64,000 bases of DNA from contig JAFTVI010000036.1 in the NCBI GenBank assembly GCA_017465825.1, positions 11,174 through 75,173 on the forward strand. The letters run 5' to 3'. The position numbers were made by a program, and so were the translations under genes. Positions within the stretch are counted from its first letter, which is position 1. Each line of letters begins with the position of its first letter. The notes beneath the pieces are model-generated. The model did not search any database. It was not told where the DNA came from and was given only the letters and a program-made list of their open reading frames with translations. Below, piece after piece: positions 16,230 to 24,379 of this stretch. This DNA is from Clostridia bacterium (GTDB taxonomy: Bacteria > Bacillota > Clostridia > Oscillospirales > Acutalibacteraceae).

Positions 16230-17339
16230 TTATCGTTTATTAAAAATCTTTTTAACGACAATCGCTGTTGCCGCAACCGTGCCTGCCGCAATGCCTGCTT
16301 TTTTTATAAGCTTTACAGCCTGTGATACGGAGTTGGGTGAGTGAGTGTAAATAAATTCCTTTACAGGTCTTTCCAGTTTGAAGCCTTCAATGTCATTACA
16401 GGTTACAGTATATGTATAGTATGTGTCGGGAGTTTCTTCGTAAATATCAAACACTCTGCCGCCGCGCTTTTTGCCGGGACCGTAAATATTGAATCCGCAA
16501 CCCTGTGTGTAACCCAAGTCAAGGTTACCGTGCTTAACGACAAAGCTGTTGTTGTGGTCGTGACCGAAGAAAAGACCGAGTACATCGCCTTTTTCTTTGA
16601 ATGCCTCAAGCTGACCGCTTTTTACATCGGGTGATGCGGCATTTTCGCCCATAAAACTGTATTTGTTCTTCGCGTAAGAGGGGAGTGAGTAGTGCTTTTT
16701 GTTGTGTGTTCCCGCACCCTGATAAAATCCCTTTTTGCTTTTATCACTCTTGTCAAAACAATCGTAAATTTCCTCAGGAGGAATGTGCTGGAATGCAAGC
16801 GCACTTACAGTATGACCTGTTTCCGCTTCAAAAGCATCTCTCGAGGCTTTGTAGCTTTCAATCTGCTCTGCCGTAATGGGATTGTAAGTGCCGTCCTTGT
16901 TCTTTTCGTGAGAATCGAACATATACACACCGAATTTTATATCCTCGCCGTTTTCGGAGTATATCGGAATTGTATCAAATGTGTAATCTTTACCGATGAA
17001 ATTATCGTAAAGATTGTAGCACTTCCATTGAAAATCCTTGTCAGCAGTGCCGAATGCATCGTGATTGCCGAATACGGCGGTAAACGGGATTTTGCTGTCA
17101 GCAATAGGCTGCATAAGATTGCTGATAGTTGTTGCCGCATTGGTTTTGTTATCACCGAGCATAAAATAAAAGCCGTAACCCTTGACCTGATCACCTGTAA
17201 GCACAATAAGGTCGGGATTTGTGTTTTTAATGATTTCAGCAGTAAGATTTACAGTGTCGGGATTGGTCATCTGCGTGTCCTGCATATCAGTCAGCTGAAG
17301 AATACGGAATCTGCCGTTACTGAATTTAAGTTTATTCAT
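16230..17339 (-). CDS. calcineurin-like metallophosphoesterase with C-terminal hydrophobic anchor
   Basis: 369 aa. Motifs LTDMQD, LTGDQV, GNHD, FQHIP and GHDHNN. Tail ..AGIAAGTVAATAIVV.. Confidence 0.8.
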   Translation of the reverse strand: MNKLKFSNGRFRILQLTDMQDTQMTNPDTVNLTAEIIKNTNPDLIVLTGDQVKGYGFYFMLGDNKTNAATTISNLMQPIADSKIPFTAVFGNHDAFGTADKDFQWKCYNLYDNFIGKDYTFDTIPIYSENGEDIKFGVYMFDSHEKNKDGTYNPITAEQIESYKASRDAFEAETGHTVSALAFQHIPPEEIYDCFDKSDKSKKGFYQGAGTHNKKHYSLPSYAKNKYSFMGENAASPDVKSGQLEAFKEKGDVLGLFFGHDHNNSFVVKHGNLDLGYTQGCGFNIYGPGKKRGGRVFDIYEETPDTYYTYTVTCNDIEGFKLERPVKEFIYTHSPNSVSQAVKLIKKAGIAAGTVAATAIVVKKIFNKR

Positions 17340-17374
17340 ATATAATCACTTTTCTTTAGTTTTAGTATTATATT

Positions 17375-17403
17375 ATTATAAGATACATTTTATTAAATGT
17401 CAA
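17375..17403 (-). promoter_or_regulatory. consensus sigma-A promoter of the metallophosphoesterase gene
   Basis: Minus strand TTGACA (17403-17398), 17 nt, TATAAT (17380-17375). Confidence 0.7.
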
Positions 17404-17447
17404 TAAGAACAGACGTCCGAGTTTTTATCCCGAACGCCTGTTTTTTG

Positions 17448-17801
17448 TTAGTTTATTTTTCTGTACAGTTTTGTTTTGCCGCCCTGCATTCTTTCATAAT
17501 ATGCGTTTTTGTCATTTTCCAGGATTGATTTCAAAAGCTTTCCCACATCTTTTCTTGCCTTGTCTGCAGGAGCTTTTGCACCTGGCTGGTTGTGATAATT
17601 GAAAATCGGTTGTAAAGGTGTACCGTTCCAATCCCTGTTTGCTCCGCCGAAAAGCTCTCGCACAGAAAACGTCTGTCCCGGATTGTTTTTGCAAAATTCA
17701 GCAACAGCAGCTTTTATGTAATTTTCAGCTTCTGCATATTGCACTTTGGTGATTACGGCTGATATAGAGTATATTCTGCTTGTGTCTTTTTTTACTAACA
17801 T
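17448..17801 (-). CDS. hypothetical protein, 117 aa
   Basis: ORF 17448..17891 trimmed to ATG 17801. AAGGAG sits 8 nt upstream and overlaps the stop of the giant gene. No family recognised. Confidence 0.65.
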   Translation of the reverse strand: MLVKKDTSRIYSISAVITKVQYAEAENYIKAAVAEFCKNNPGQTFSVRELFGGANRDWNGTPLQPIFNYHNQPGAKAPADKARKDVGKLLKSILENDKNAYYERMQGGKTKLYRKIN

Positions 17802-17814
17802 CAGTATTGCTCCT

Positions 17815-20800
17815 TTATTCTCGTGTCCATTCCATTGAATACCATTCAAGGTATCTGAGTTCATCAGATGTGCCGGCTGATTCATCACCAAGTGAATATG
17901 TATACTTTAAACGTGTTTTTAATGCACTTGCCGCTTTTGCAGGATCTGTCAATGAATATGTCATTGTTTTTTCAACGCCGTTCCTTAATATGGTATAAGA
18001 AAAATCTTCACCGCCTGCTTTCCAACCATCCGTGACTTCAAATGTTGCGGAAGTTAAACCTGACTTATAAAATGCATATTCACCTATTCGTTTAACTGCC
18101 GTTGGTATTGTAATTTCAGTTAAACTTGAACATCCGTAGAATGCATATGAATTTATAGATGTTACAGAATTTGGAATTGTAATATTGCTTAAGTTTTCGC
18201 AGCCATAAAATGTTTCGGATGCTATTTCTGTAATATTGTTCGGCAATAAGATGTTTTCTAAATTGTAACAAAACATAAATGCACCGCTTCCTATTTCGGT
18301 AAGTTTTGATGCATATGACATATCTATATTTTTTAAACTTTTACAGTATTGAAATGCTTGAGTACCTATTGATTGGATATTTTCGGGCAAAGTAATACTT
18401 TCCAAACTTGAACAGTTTAAAAATGAACGTGATGGTATTGATGTGAGATTGGTCGCTTTTGAAAAATCAACAATTTTCAAGTTTTCGCAATAAGAAAATG
18501 CATTGCCTTTAAGTTCAGAAACACTTTCGGAAAATGTTATAGATTCTAAAGCTGTATTATTGTAAAAAGCAAACGATGAAACAGTTGTTACAGTGTTTGG
18601 AATGACAAGATCTGTTACAGCTGTATTTTTATTTCCTACATACATAGTCCTTTTTTCTGCATTACTATCGTAAAATGGAGTGGATGAATCTCCGCCAATC
18701 AAACTAACATTGTACCAATCTGTAATATCTCCTTTGTAATAGAAATCAGAAATATTGGAACAACTTCCAAATGCAATCGATTCTATTTTTGTGATACTTT
18801 TTGGAATTGTGATATTTTGCAACGCCGTAGCACCATCAAAGCCTCTACTCTTTATTGTGGAAACTGTTTTTCCTTTGTAATTGGACGGTATGGATATGCT
18901 TGTTGCCACATCTTTATATTCGCTCTTTATTGCTACGCTGTATGTTCCGTCGTCAAGTTCAGTAAAATTAAGCATTGAAACAGAATCAGCAACAGCGTCA
19001 TCTACATATCCTGCATATTCCGTTGTGTTATCGGTGTAGGTTATAACCAGCTCACCGTCAACAATTTCCATACTTGCTATGCCTCTGCCGTCTTCACCTT
19101 TGTCACCCTTATCGCCTTTTTCTCCTTTGATATTTCCGAGATTGGTGACTGAATTATCAGTAAGGGTAATAATAAGCTCACCTGTTGAAGACAAAGTAAC
19201 AGTTTTTATGCCTACACCGTCAGAGCCATTCTGACCGTCTTCACCGTCAGCACCTACGACTTTACCCACATTTGTTGATGTGCCGTCAGTATACGTGAGG
19301 ACAAGTTCGCCGTCTGAATTGATTTGTGACTTTGTGATACCGTTACCGTCTTTGCCCTTGATGTTGCCGAGATTGATTACAGTTCCGCTTGACAGTGTAA
19401 TATTTAAAGCACCCTCGCTTGAAATTGTAACATCGGAAATGCCTACGCCGTCTTTTCCGTTTTCGCCGTTTTTGCCGTCAGCACCGACTACTTTACCGAG
19501 ATTTGTGATTGTTCCGTTGGTGTAAGTGAGGATGAGTTCACCGTTTGCATTGATTTCTGATTTTTTAATACCTATACCGTCAGTACCTTTGATATTGCCG
19601 AGTGTGAGAGTAGTGCCGTTTGTAAGTGTAACGGTCAGATTTCCGTCATCATCAATATTTACCGTATCAATTCCGACACCGTCTTTTCCGTTTTCGCCGT
19701 CCTTACCGTCAGTGCCGTCGATTCCGTTTGTACCGTTTTGACCGTCAGCACCTACAACAACGCCAAGATTTGCAGATGTTTCGTCAGTATAGTATACAAT
19801 AAGTTCGCCGTCCGAATTGATTTCTGTCTTTTCAATACCGATACCGTTTTTACCGTCAGCTCCGTCTTTTCCATCGGTACCATTCGTACCGTCTTTGCCG
19901 TCTTCACCGACTACAACACCGAGAGTTTCGCTTGTGCCATCGGTATAAGTGATAACAAGTTCACCGTCTGAATTGATTTCTGACTTTTCAATACCGATGC
20001 CGTCTGTACCGTCTTTACCATCTGTACCGTCAGAACCATTCTGTCCGTCAGTTCCGTCTTTACCAACAATACAGCCAAGATTTATTTCGGAATTGTCAGA
20101 GAATGTAAGCACAAGCTCGCCGTCTGCATTTACAGTAACATCGGAAATACCGATTCCGTCTTCGCCATCCTTACCGTCTGCACCGTTAACGCCATCCTTG
20201 CCATCAGTTCCGTTGATGCCATCTTTACCGTCAGTACCATCCTGACCGTCTTTACCGTCCTGACCGTCTTCACCCACTACAACACCAAGGTTAGCAGATG
20301 TTCCGTCAGTGTAATAAACAACAAGCTCACCGTTATCATTTATTTCTGTTTTAGTTACTCCGATACCGTCAGTGCCGTTTGTTCCGTTTTCACCGTCAGA
20401 ACCTACAACCGCACCGAGATTCTGAACAGTACCGTCTGAATATGTGATAACGAGTTCACCGTCAGCATTGATTTCTGATTTTGATACACCGATACCATCT
20501 TTGCCGTTTACGCCGTCAGTGCCGTCAATACCATCAGTGCCATCAGTACCGTCTTTACCTTTAGTACCGACCACAACACCAAGATTTGCTGATGTGTTGT
20601 CAGAGTAGTAAATAACAAGCTCGCCATTATCGTTAATTTCAGTTTTTGTAACACTTATACCGTCAACACCGTTGGTTCCGTCCTTGCCGTCGGAGCCATT
20701 TTTACCGTCTTGACCGTCCTGCCCATCCTTACCGTTAACGCCGTCTTTACCGTCAGTGCCGACAACTACACCCAGGTTGGTTGTTGTTCCGTTAGAATAT

Positions 20801-22473
20801 GTTATAACCAACTCGCCGTAGGAGTTGATTTCAGTTGATGTGATGCCGATACCGTCTTCACCGTCAGCACCGTTTACACCGTTAGTGCCATCCTTACCAT
20901 CTGCACCTTTGATTGTACCGAGATTGAGCTGTGTGCCGTTTGACAATGTAATTTCAAGCTGTGCATTATCATTGATTATGATGTTTTCAATGCCTACACC
21001 GTCAACACCGTCTTTTCCGTTAGTACCGTCCTTGCCATCTGTGCCATTGATACCGTCTTTACCGTCAGTGCCGTTTGTTCCATCTTTGCCGTTTGCTCCG
21101 ACAACTACGCCTAAATTATCAACGATATTATTTGAATAAGTGAGAACAAGCTCACCTTTGGCGTTGATTTCAGACTTGACAATACTTATACCGTCTTCGC
21201 CGTCTTTACCGTCAGCACCATCTTGTCCATCTTTGCCATCAACACCATCTGTGCCGTTAATGCCGTCTTTACCGTCTGAACCGTTAGTGCCGTCAATACC
21301 ATCTTTACCGTCAGCGCCGATAACAACACCAAGATTTGAACGCTGATTATTTGAATATGTAAGCACAAGTTCACCGTCGGAGTTGATTTCAGCCCCGACT
21401 ACACCTATACCGTCAGCACCGTCTTTGCCGTCTGCGCCGTTGGTGCCATTGATACCGTCCTTGCCGTCGACACCATCAGCACCGTCAGTCCCGTTTTCAC
21501 CTACTATTACACCAAGGTTTGCGGTTGTGCCGTCTGAATATGTAAGAACAAGCTCACCTGCATTGTTAATAACGGATGCTGTTATGCTGATACCGTCAGT
21601 ACCATTTATACCGTTAATGCCGTCCTTACCGTCAACGCCATCAGTACCGTTAGTACCATCAGCACCGTCTTTGCCATCAACACCGTCTTTGCCATCTTTT
21701 CCATGGGTGCCATCCTTGCCGTCAATGCCGTTTGTACCGTCAATGCCATCTTTACCGTCAGCACCGATGACAACTCCCAGATTAGCACTCTGACCGTTGG
21801 AGTATGTAAGTACTAATTCGCCGTTTTCGTTGATTTCGGAATTTGTTACGCTTACGCCGTCAGCACCGTTCATTCCAACAACTTTGTCAAGATTTATGCT
21901 TGTACCGTCGGAGAATGATAAAACAAGCTGACCGTTTTCATTTACATTTGCAGATGAAATGCTTGTGCCGTCTTTACCGTCAACGCCATCTTTACCGGCA
22001 GTGCCATTTGTGCCGTTAACTCCGTTTGTGCCGTTCTTGCCGTCAGCACCTTTTGCATTACCTAAATTGATAACAGTACCGTCCGAAAGCGTAAGCAAAA
22101 GCTCACCCTTTGAAGAAAAGGATGCTGTTTTTATGCTTGCAGAGTTCTTAGAAGCGGTTGCTTCAAGTGAAGCTGCCCACTCCGATTCAGTTCCGCTGTA
22201 ACCGTTTTCAACAGCGATCTCATAGGCTGATTTGCCTGAAAGAGAATCAAGCCATTCCTGCACAGTGCCTTCATAGCCCTGCTGAACGGCAAGCTCATAA
22301 GCAGATAAGCCGTTTGTAACTGTTGATGAAGCAGGTGTGCCGCCGTTTCTGTTGTGAATTATGGTTGCAATTCCTGCCGAAATGCCAATCATCAGCAAAA
22401 TCATAATAATTGCTACAATTATTTTTGTAATAACTATCTTCGTTCCCCTTTTTTCTTGTGTTTTTTGCTCCAT
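17815..22473 (-). CDS. giant surface protein: N-terminal TM anchor, ~20 beta-module/collagen-like (Gly-X-Y) units, BspA-type leucine-rich repeats
   Basis: Trimmed to ATG 22473 (SD GGAGGA), 1552 aa. TM IVITKIIVAIIMILLMIGISAGIATII. Repeats ..EINxxGELVLTYSDGTxxNLGVVVG(xDG)n. C-terminal LRRs ..C..L..ITIP.SVT.I...AF..C.. Confidence 0.9.
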   Translation of the reverse strand: MEQKTQEKRGTKIVITKIIVAIIMILLMIGISAGIATIIHNRNGGTPASSTVTNGLSAYELAVQQGYEGTVQEWLDSLSGKSAYEIAVENGYSGTESEWAASLEATASKNSASIKTASFSSKGELLLTLSDGTVINLGNAKGADGKNGTNGVNGTNGTAGKDGVDGKDGTSISSANVNENGQLVLSFSDGTSINLDKVVGMNGADGVSVTNSEINENGELVLTYSNGQSANLGVVIGADGKDGIDGTNGIDGKDGTHGKDGKDGVDGKDGADGTNGTDGVDGKDGINGINGTDGISITASVINNAGELVLTYSDGTTANLGVIVGENGTDGADGVDGKDGINGTNGADGKDGADGIGVVGAEINSDGELVLTYSNNQRSNLGVVIGADGKDGIDGTNGSDGKDGINGTDGVDGKDGQDGADGKDGEDGISIVKSEINAKGELVLTYSNNIVDNLGVVVGANGKDGTNGTDGKDGINGTDGKDGTNGKDGVDGVGIENIIINDNAQLEITLSNGTQLNLGTIKGADGKDGTNGVNGADGEDGIGITSTEINSYGELVITYSNGTTTNLGVVVGTDGKDGVNGKDGQDGQDGKNGSDGKDGTNGVDGISVTKTEINDNGELVIYYSDNTSANLGVVVGTKGKDGTDGTDGIDGTDGVNGKDGIGVSKSEINADGELVITYSDGTVQNLGAVVGSDGENGTNGTDGIGVTKTEINDNGELVVYYTDGTSANLGVVVGEDGQDGKDGQDGTDGKDGINGTDGKDGVNGADGKDGEDGIGISDVTVNADGELVLTFSDNSEINLGCIVGKDGTDGQNGSDGTDGKDGTDGIGIEKSEINSDGELVITYTDGTSETLGVVVGEDGKDGTNGTDGKDGADGKNGIGIEKTEINSDGELIVYYTDETSANLGVVVGADGQNGTNGIDGTDGKDGENGKDGVGIDTVNIDDDGNLTVTLTNGTTLTLGNIKGTDGIGIKKSEINANGELILTYTNGTITNLGKVVGADGKNGENGKDGVGISDVTISSEGALNITLSSGTVINLGNIKGKDGNGITKSQINSDGELVLTYTDGTSTNVGKVVGADGEDGQNGSDGVGIKTVTLSSTGELIITLTDNSVTNLGNIKGEKGDKGDKGEDGRGIASMEIVDGELVITYTDNTTEYAGYVDDAVADSVSMLNFTELDDGTYSVAIKSEYKDVATSISIPSNYKGKTVSTIKSRGFDGATALQNITIPKSITKIESIAFGSCSNISDFYYKGDITDWYNVSLIGGDSSTPFYDSNAEKRTMYVGNKNTAVTDLVIPNTVTTVSSFAFYNNTALESITFSESVSELKGNAFSYCENLKIVDFSKATNLTSIPSRSFLNCSSLESITLPENIQSIGTQAFQYCKSLKNIDMSYASKLTEIGSGAFMFCYNLENILLPNNITEIASETFYGCENLSNITIPNSVTSINSYAFYGCSSLTEITIPTAVKRIGEYAFYKSGLTSATFEVTDGWKAGGEDFSYTILRNGVEKTMTYSLTDPAKAASALKTRLKYTYSLGDESAGTSDELRYLEWYSMEWTRE
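19020..22134 (-). repeat. intragenic degenerate tandem-repeat array (about 20 units)
   Basis: The coding repeats of the giant gene, with unit length varying with the number of GGN-NNN-GAY/AAY triplets. Mirror Pro/Ser-rich ORFs appear on the plus strand. Confidence 0.85.
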
Positions 22474-22485
22474 ATAATGTTCCTC

Positions 22486-22509
22486 CTGATTGAAGAATTT
22501 TTCAATCAG
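22486..22509. promoter_or_regulatory. 9-6-9 perfect palindrome between the -10 box and SD of the giant gene (candidate operator)
   Basis: CTGATTGAA-GAATTT-TTCAATCAG, 22486-22494/22501-22509. Confidence 0.5.
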
Positions 22510-22510
22510 T

Positions 22511-22539
22511 ATTATACAATACAAAATGTGAACTGTCAA
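22511..22539 (-). promoter_or_regulatory. consensus sigma-A promoter of the giant surface-protein gene
   Basis: Minus strand TTGACA (22539-22534), 17 nt, TATAAT (22516-22511). Confidence 0.75.
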
Positions 22540-22603
22540 CACTAATTGTGACTATTTAAACATATTAAGTCTTTTTCATTTAAGATATATACGAGGTGAT
22601 TTG

Positions 22604-22930
22604 ATGGATTTCGGAACAAAATTAAGGATGCTGATAGAGGAAAAAGATATAACACAAAAAGAGTTGGCTCTTCAGCTTAATATTGCACCGTCAACCGTAA
22701 GCAGTTATGTGCAAAACACCCGTGAACCTGATTTTGCAACCTTGCGACTGATTTCAAAATATTTTGATGTTTCATTGGACTATCTTTTGGGTGGCACGGA
22801 TACTGTGACTTCTCAACAGGAGGACGAACTTCTGAGGGTATTTCGTTCTTTAACTGCTGAAGAAAAAGAAATATGCATTGAACAATGTAAAGTATTTATA
22901 CGTATGAGATACAGGAATGAAAAAAAGTAA
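22604..22930 (+). CDS. XRE-family HTH transcriptional regulator
   Basis: 108 aa from ATG 22604 (SD GAGGTGA 5 nt upstream; the track starts at TTG 22601). ITQKELALQLNIAPSTVSSYVQNTREP is a Cro/C1 HTH. Divergent from the giant gene. Confidence 0.85.
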   Translation: MDFGTKLRMLIEEKDITQKELALQLNIAPSTVSSYVQNTREPDFATLRLISKYFDVSLDYLLGGTDTVTSQQEDELLRVFRSLTAEEKEICIEQCKVFIRMRYRNEKK

Positions 22931-22955
22931 AGGCAATTTTTTTGTATAGAAAAAA

Positions 22956-22975
22956 CCTCCGGCATCTGTCGGAGG
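22956..22975 (-). terminator. second hairpin downstream of the tRNA operon
   Basis: CCTCCG-N8-CGGAGG, followed by T6 on the minus strand. Confidence 0.55.
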
Positions 22976-22990
22976 TAAAAGTATATAAAA

Positions 22991-23020
22991 TAAAAAACAC
23001 AAGGCACAAACCTTGTGTTT
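22991..23020. terminator. bidirectional terminator (XRE gene on plus, tRNA operon on minus)
   Basis: ACACAAGG-CACAAA-CCTTGTGT (22997-23018), flanked by an A run and a T run. Confidence 0.8.
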
Positions 23021-23021
23021 T

Positions 23022-23096
23022 TGGTGACCCGGACGAGAATCGAACTCGTGTTACCGCCGTGAAAGGGCGGTGTCTTAACCTCTTGACCACCGGGCC
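23022..23096 (-). tRNA. tRNA-Glu(TTC), CCA encoded
   Basis: GGCCCGGTGGTCAAGAGGTTAAGACACCGCCCTTTCACGGCGGTAACACGAGTTCGATTCTCGTCCGGGTCACCA. Cloverleaf folds; anticodon loop is CTTTCAC. Confidence 0.9.
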
Positions 23097-23127
23097 ATAT
23101 TACGGCAACTCGTTACGTAGATGCCGT

Positions 23128-23204
23128 TGGTAGCGGCGGTTGGACTTGAACCAATGACCTGTCGGGTATGAACCGAATGCTCTAGCCAACTGAGCTACGC
23201 CGCC
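23128..23204 (-). tRNA. tRNA-Met(CAT), elongator type, CCA encoded
   Basis: GGCGGCGTAGCTCAGTTGGCTAGAGCATTCGGTTCATACCCGACAGGTCATTGGTTCAAGTCCAACCGCCGCTACCA. G1:C72 pair and anticodon arm resemble Firmicute elongator Met rather than Ile2. Confidence 0.85.
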
Positions 23205-23238
23205 ATATTGTCGTTGCTTTCGTTCAGCAACGTGTGTT

Positions 23239-23267
23239 ATTATATAGCATCATTCGCCATTTGTCAA
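23239..23267 (-). promoter_or_regulatory. consensus sigma-A promoter of the tRNA-Met/tRNA-Glu operon
   Basis: Minus strand TTGACA (23267-23262), 17 nt, TATAAT (23244-23239). Confidence 0.8.
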
Positions 23268-23286
23268 GTAGTTTTTTAAACTTTTT

Positions 23287-23961
23287 TTAAATTTTTTCTA
23301 AAAGTTGCATTATTATGTTTGTCAGAGTAATTTCGCATTTGTCGTTAAGCTCTCTGTAGCTTTCAACTGCGGCGTCATCTGCCGTGTCACTTATCTGGCG
23401 TATCGCAAGGAAGGGAACACCTGCATCGTGACATACGGAAGCAACAGCACCTGTTTCCATATCAAACTCCGTAATGCCGAAAGTTTCTTTATAAAGATTC
23501 TTTTTAACGGGGTCTGCAAGGAATATGTCACCGCATCCGCATACAGCTTCCGTGACGCCGTCAATTGTCATTGCAGCATCAAAAAGAGCCTTGTCAGCCT
23601 TGTATATATATGTTTCCTGCGGCTTTTTGCCTAATTCATAACCGATGGCTGTAAGGTCAAAATCACATTCAATGTATGATGAGCCTGCTACGATGTCATT
23701 TTTACAATGTGTTGTAATCGCTCCCGAAAGACCGAAGTTGAGAATTATATCAACCTTGTCGTCAGCAATAAGAAAAGCCGCAGTCGTTGCCGCATTTACC
23801 TTGCCGATGCCAGCCTTCACGGCAATAAGCTCTCTATTATTGTATGTAAAAGAAACAGAATCTCTGCTTCTTCTCTTTTCTTCTTTTCCGTCCTGTGCGA
23901 GAGCAAAGTCAAGAAAAGGCTTATATTCATTATCATCTGCTATAACAAAACCGATTTTCAT
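23287..23961 (-). CDS. mtnN: 5'-methylthioadenosine/S-adenosylhomocysteine nucleosidase family (PNP_UDP_1)
   Basis: 224 aa. Glu12, GIGKVNAATTAA, EFDMETGAVASVCH and RQISDTADD align to E. coli MtnN motifs. Start abuts the TSCPD gene stop. Confidence 0.7.
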   Translation of the reverse strand: MKIGFVIADDNEYKPFLDFALAQDGKEEKRRSRDSVSFTYNNRELIAVKAGIGKVNAATTAAFLIADDKVDIILNFGLSGAITTHCKNDIVAGSSYIECDFDLTAIGYELGKKPQETYIYKADKALFDAAMTIDGVTEAVCGCGDIFLADPVKKNLYKETFGITEFDMETGAVASVCHDAGVPFLAIRQISDTADDAAVESYRELNDKCEITLTNIIMQLLEKI

Positions 23962-24216
23962 TTATTTTCCCTCACTTAATGCGTTTTCCAAGGCTGTTGC
24001 AAGCTGATCGGGGCAGGAGGTTGATTTGAAACCGCATCTTGTTCCCTTGACCTTTTCAATTACGTCCTCAGCCTTCATACCTTCAATAAGATTTGCAATG
24101 CCTTTAAGATTGCCGTTGCATCCGCCGTTGAATTTTACATTTTTTACAACGCCGTCTGTAATGTCGAAGGTTATATTTGATGCACAGACACCCTTTGTTT
24201 TGTAAGAATATGTCAT
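23962..24216 (-). CDS. TSCPD-domain protein (TIGR03905-like four-Cys protein)
   Basis: 84 aa. ..GGCNGNLKGIANLIEGM..GTRCGFKSTSCPDQLA.. Confidence 0.8.
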   Translation of the reverse strand: MTYSYKTKGVCASNITFDITDGVVKNVKFNGGCNGNLKGIANLIEGMKAEDVIEKVKGTRCGFKSTSCPDQLATALENALSEGK

Positions 24217-24314
24217 AAATTTGACCGCCTTTCATTTACACATAATTATTTTATCAAATTTTATTGAGCATAGCAATATAAAATGTAGTTTTTTTATTTT
24301 TTGTAAGAAAATAT

Positions 24315-24343
24315 TTGACATAAGTTCTCAATTGTTATACAAT
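24315..24343 (+). promoter_or_regulatory. sigma-A promoter of the aminotransferase/aldolase pair
   Basis: TTGACA (24315-24320), 17 nt, TACAAT (24338-24343). Confidence 0.7.
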
Positions 24344-24379
24344 ATGTATGAATATTATTTCCAAGGAGGTAAATTTTTT

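Noticed and set aside
16692-17345. 217-aa plus-strand ORF antisense to the metallophosphoesterase gene.
   Set aside because: It has no SD or promoter, and the opposite frame carries all the metallophosphoesterase motifs.
19020-22134. Possibility that the regular repeats are a CRISPR array or another non-coding array.
   Set aside because: The repeats are in frame within one long ORF. They are degenerate at the DNA level and conserved at the protein level. There are no unique spacers of constant size and no cas genes.
19280-22201. Chain of plus-strand ORFs (68-136 aa) encoding Pro/Ser/Leu/Val-rich peptides (..PSLPSVPS..) opposite the giant gene.
   Set aside because: They are the reverse-complement image of GGN-NNN-GAY collagen-like codons. 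They have no SD or promoter, and the minus-strand frame is a continuous 1552-aa ORF with clear domain logic.
22474-22542. N-terminal extensions in the ORF track (also 1783..1896, 13137..13217, 17802..17891, 24221..24379, 41496..41534, 37280..37288).
   Set aside because: Downstream ATG codons with properly spaced GGAGG-type SDs give N-termini that match the family. The extensions run into promoters or upstream genes.
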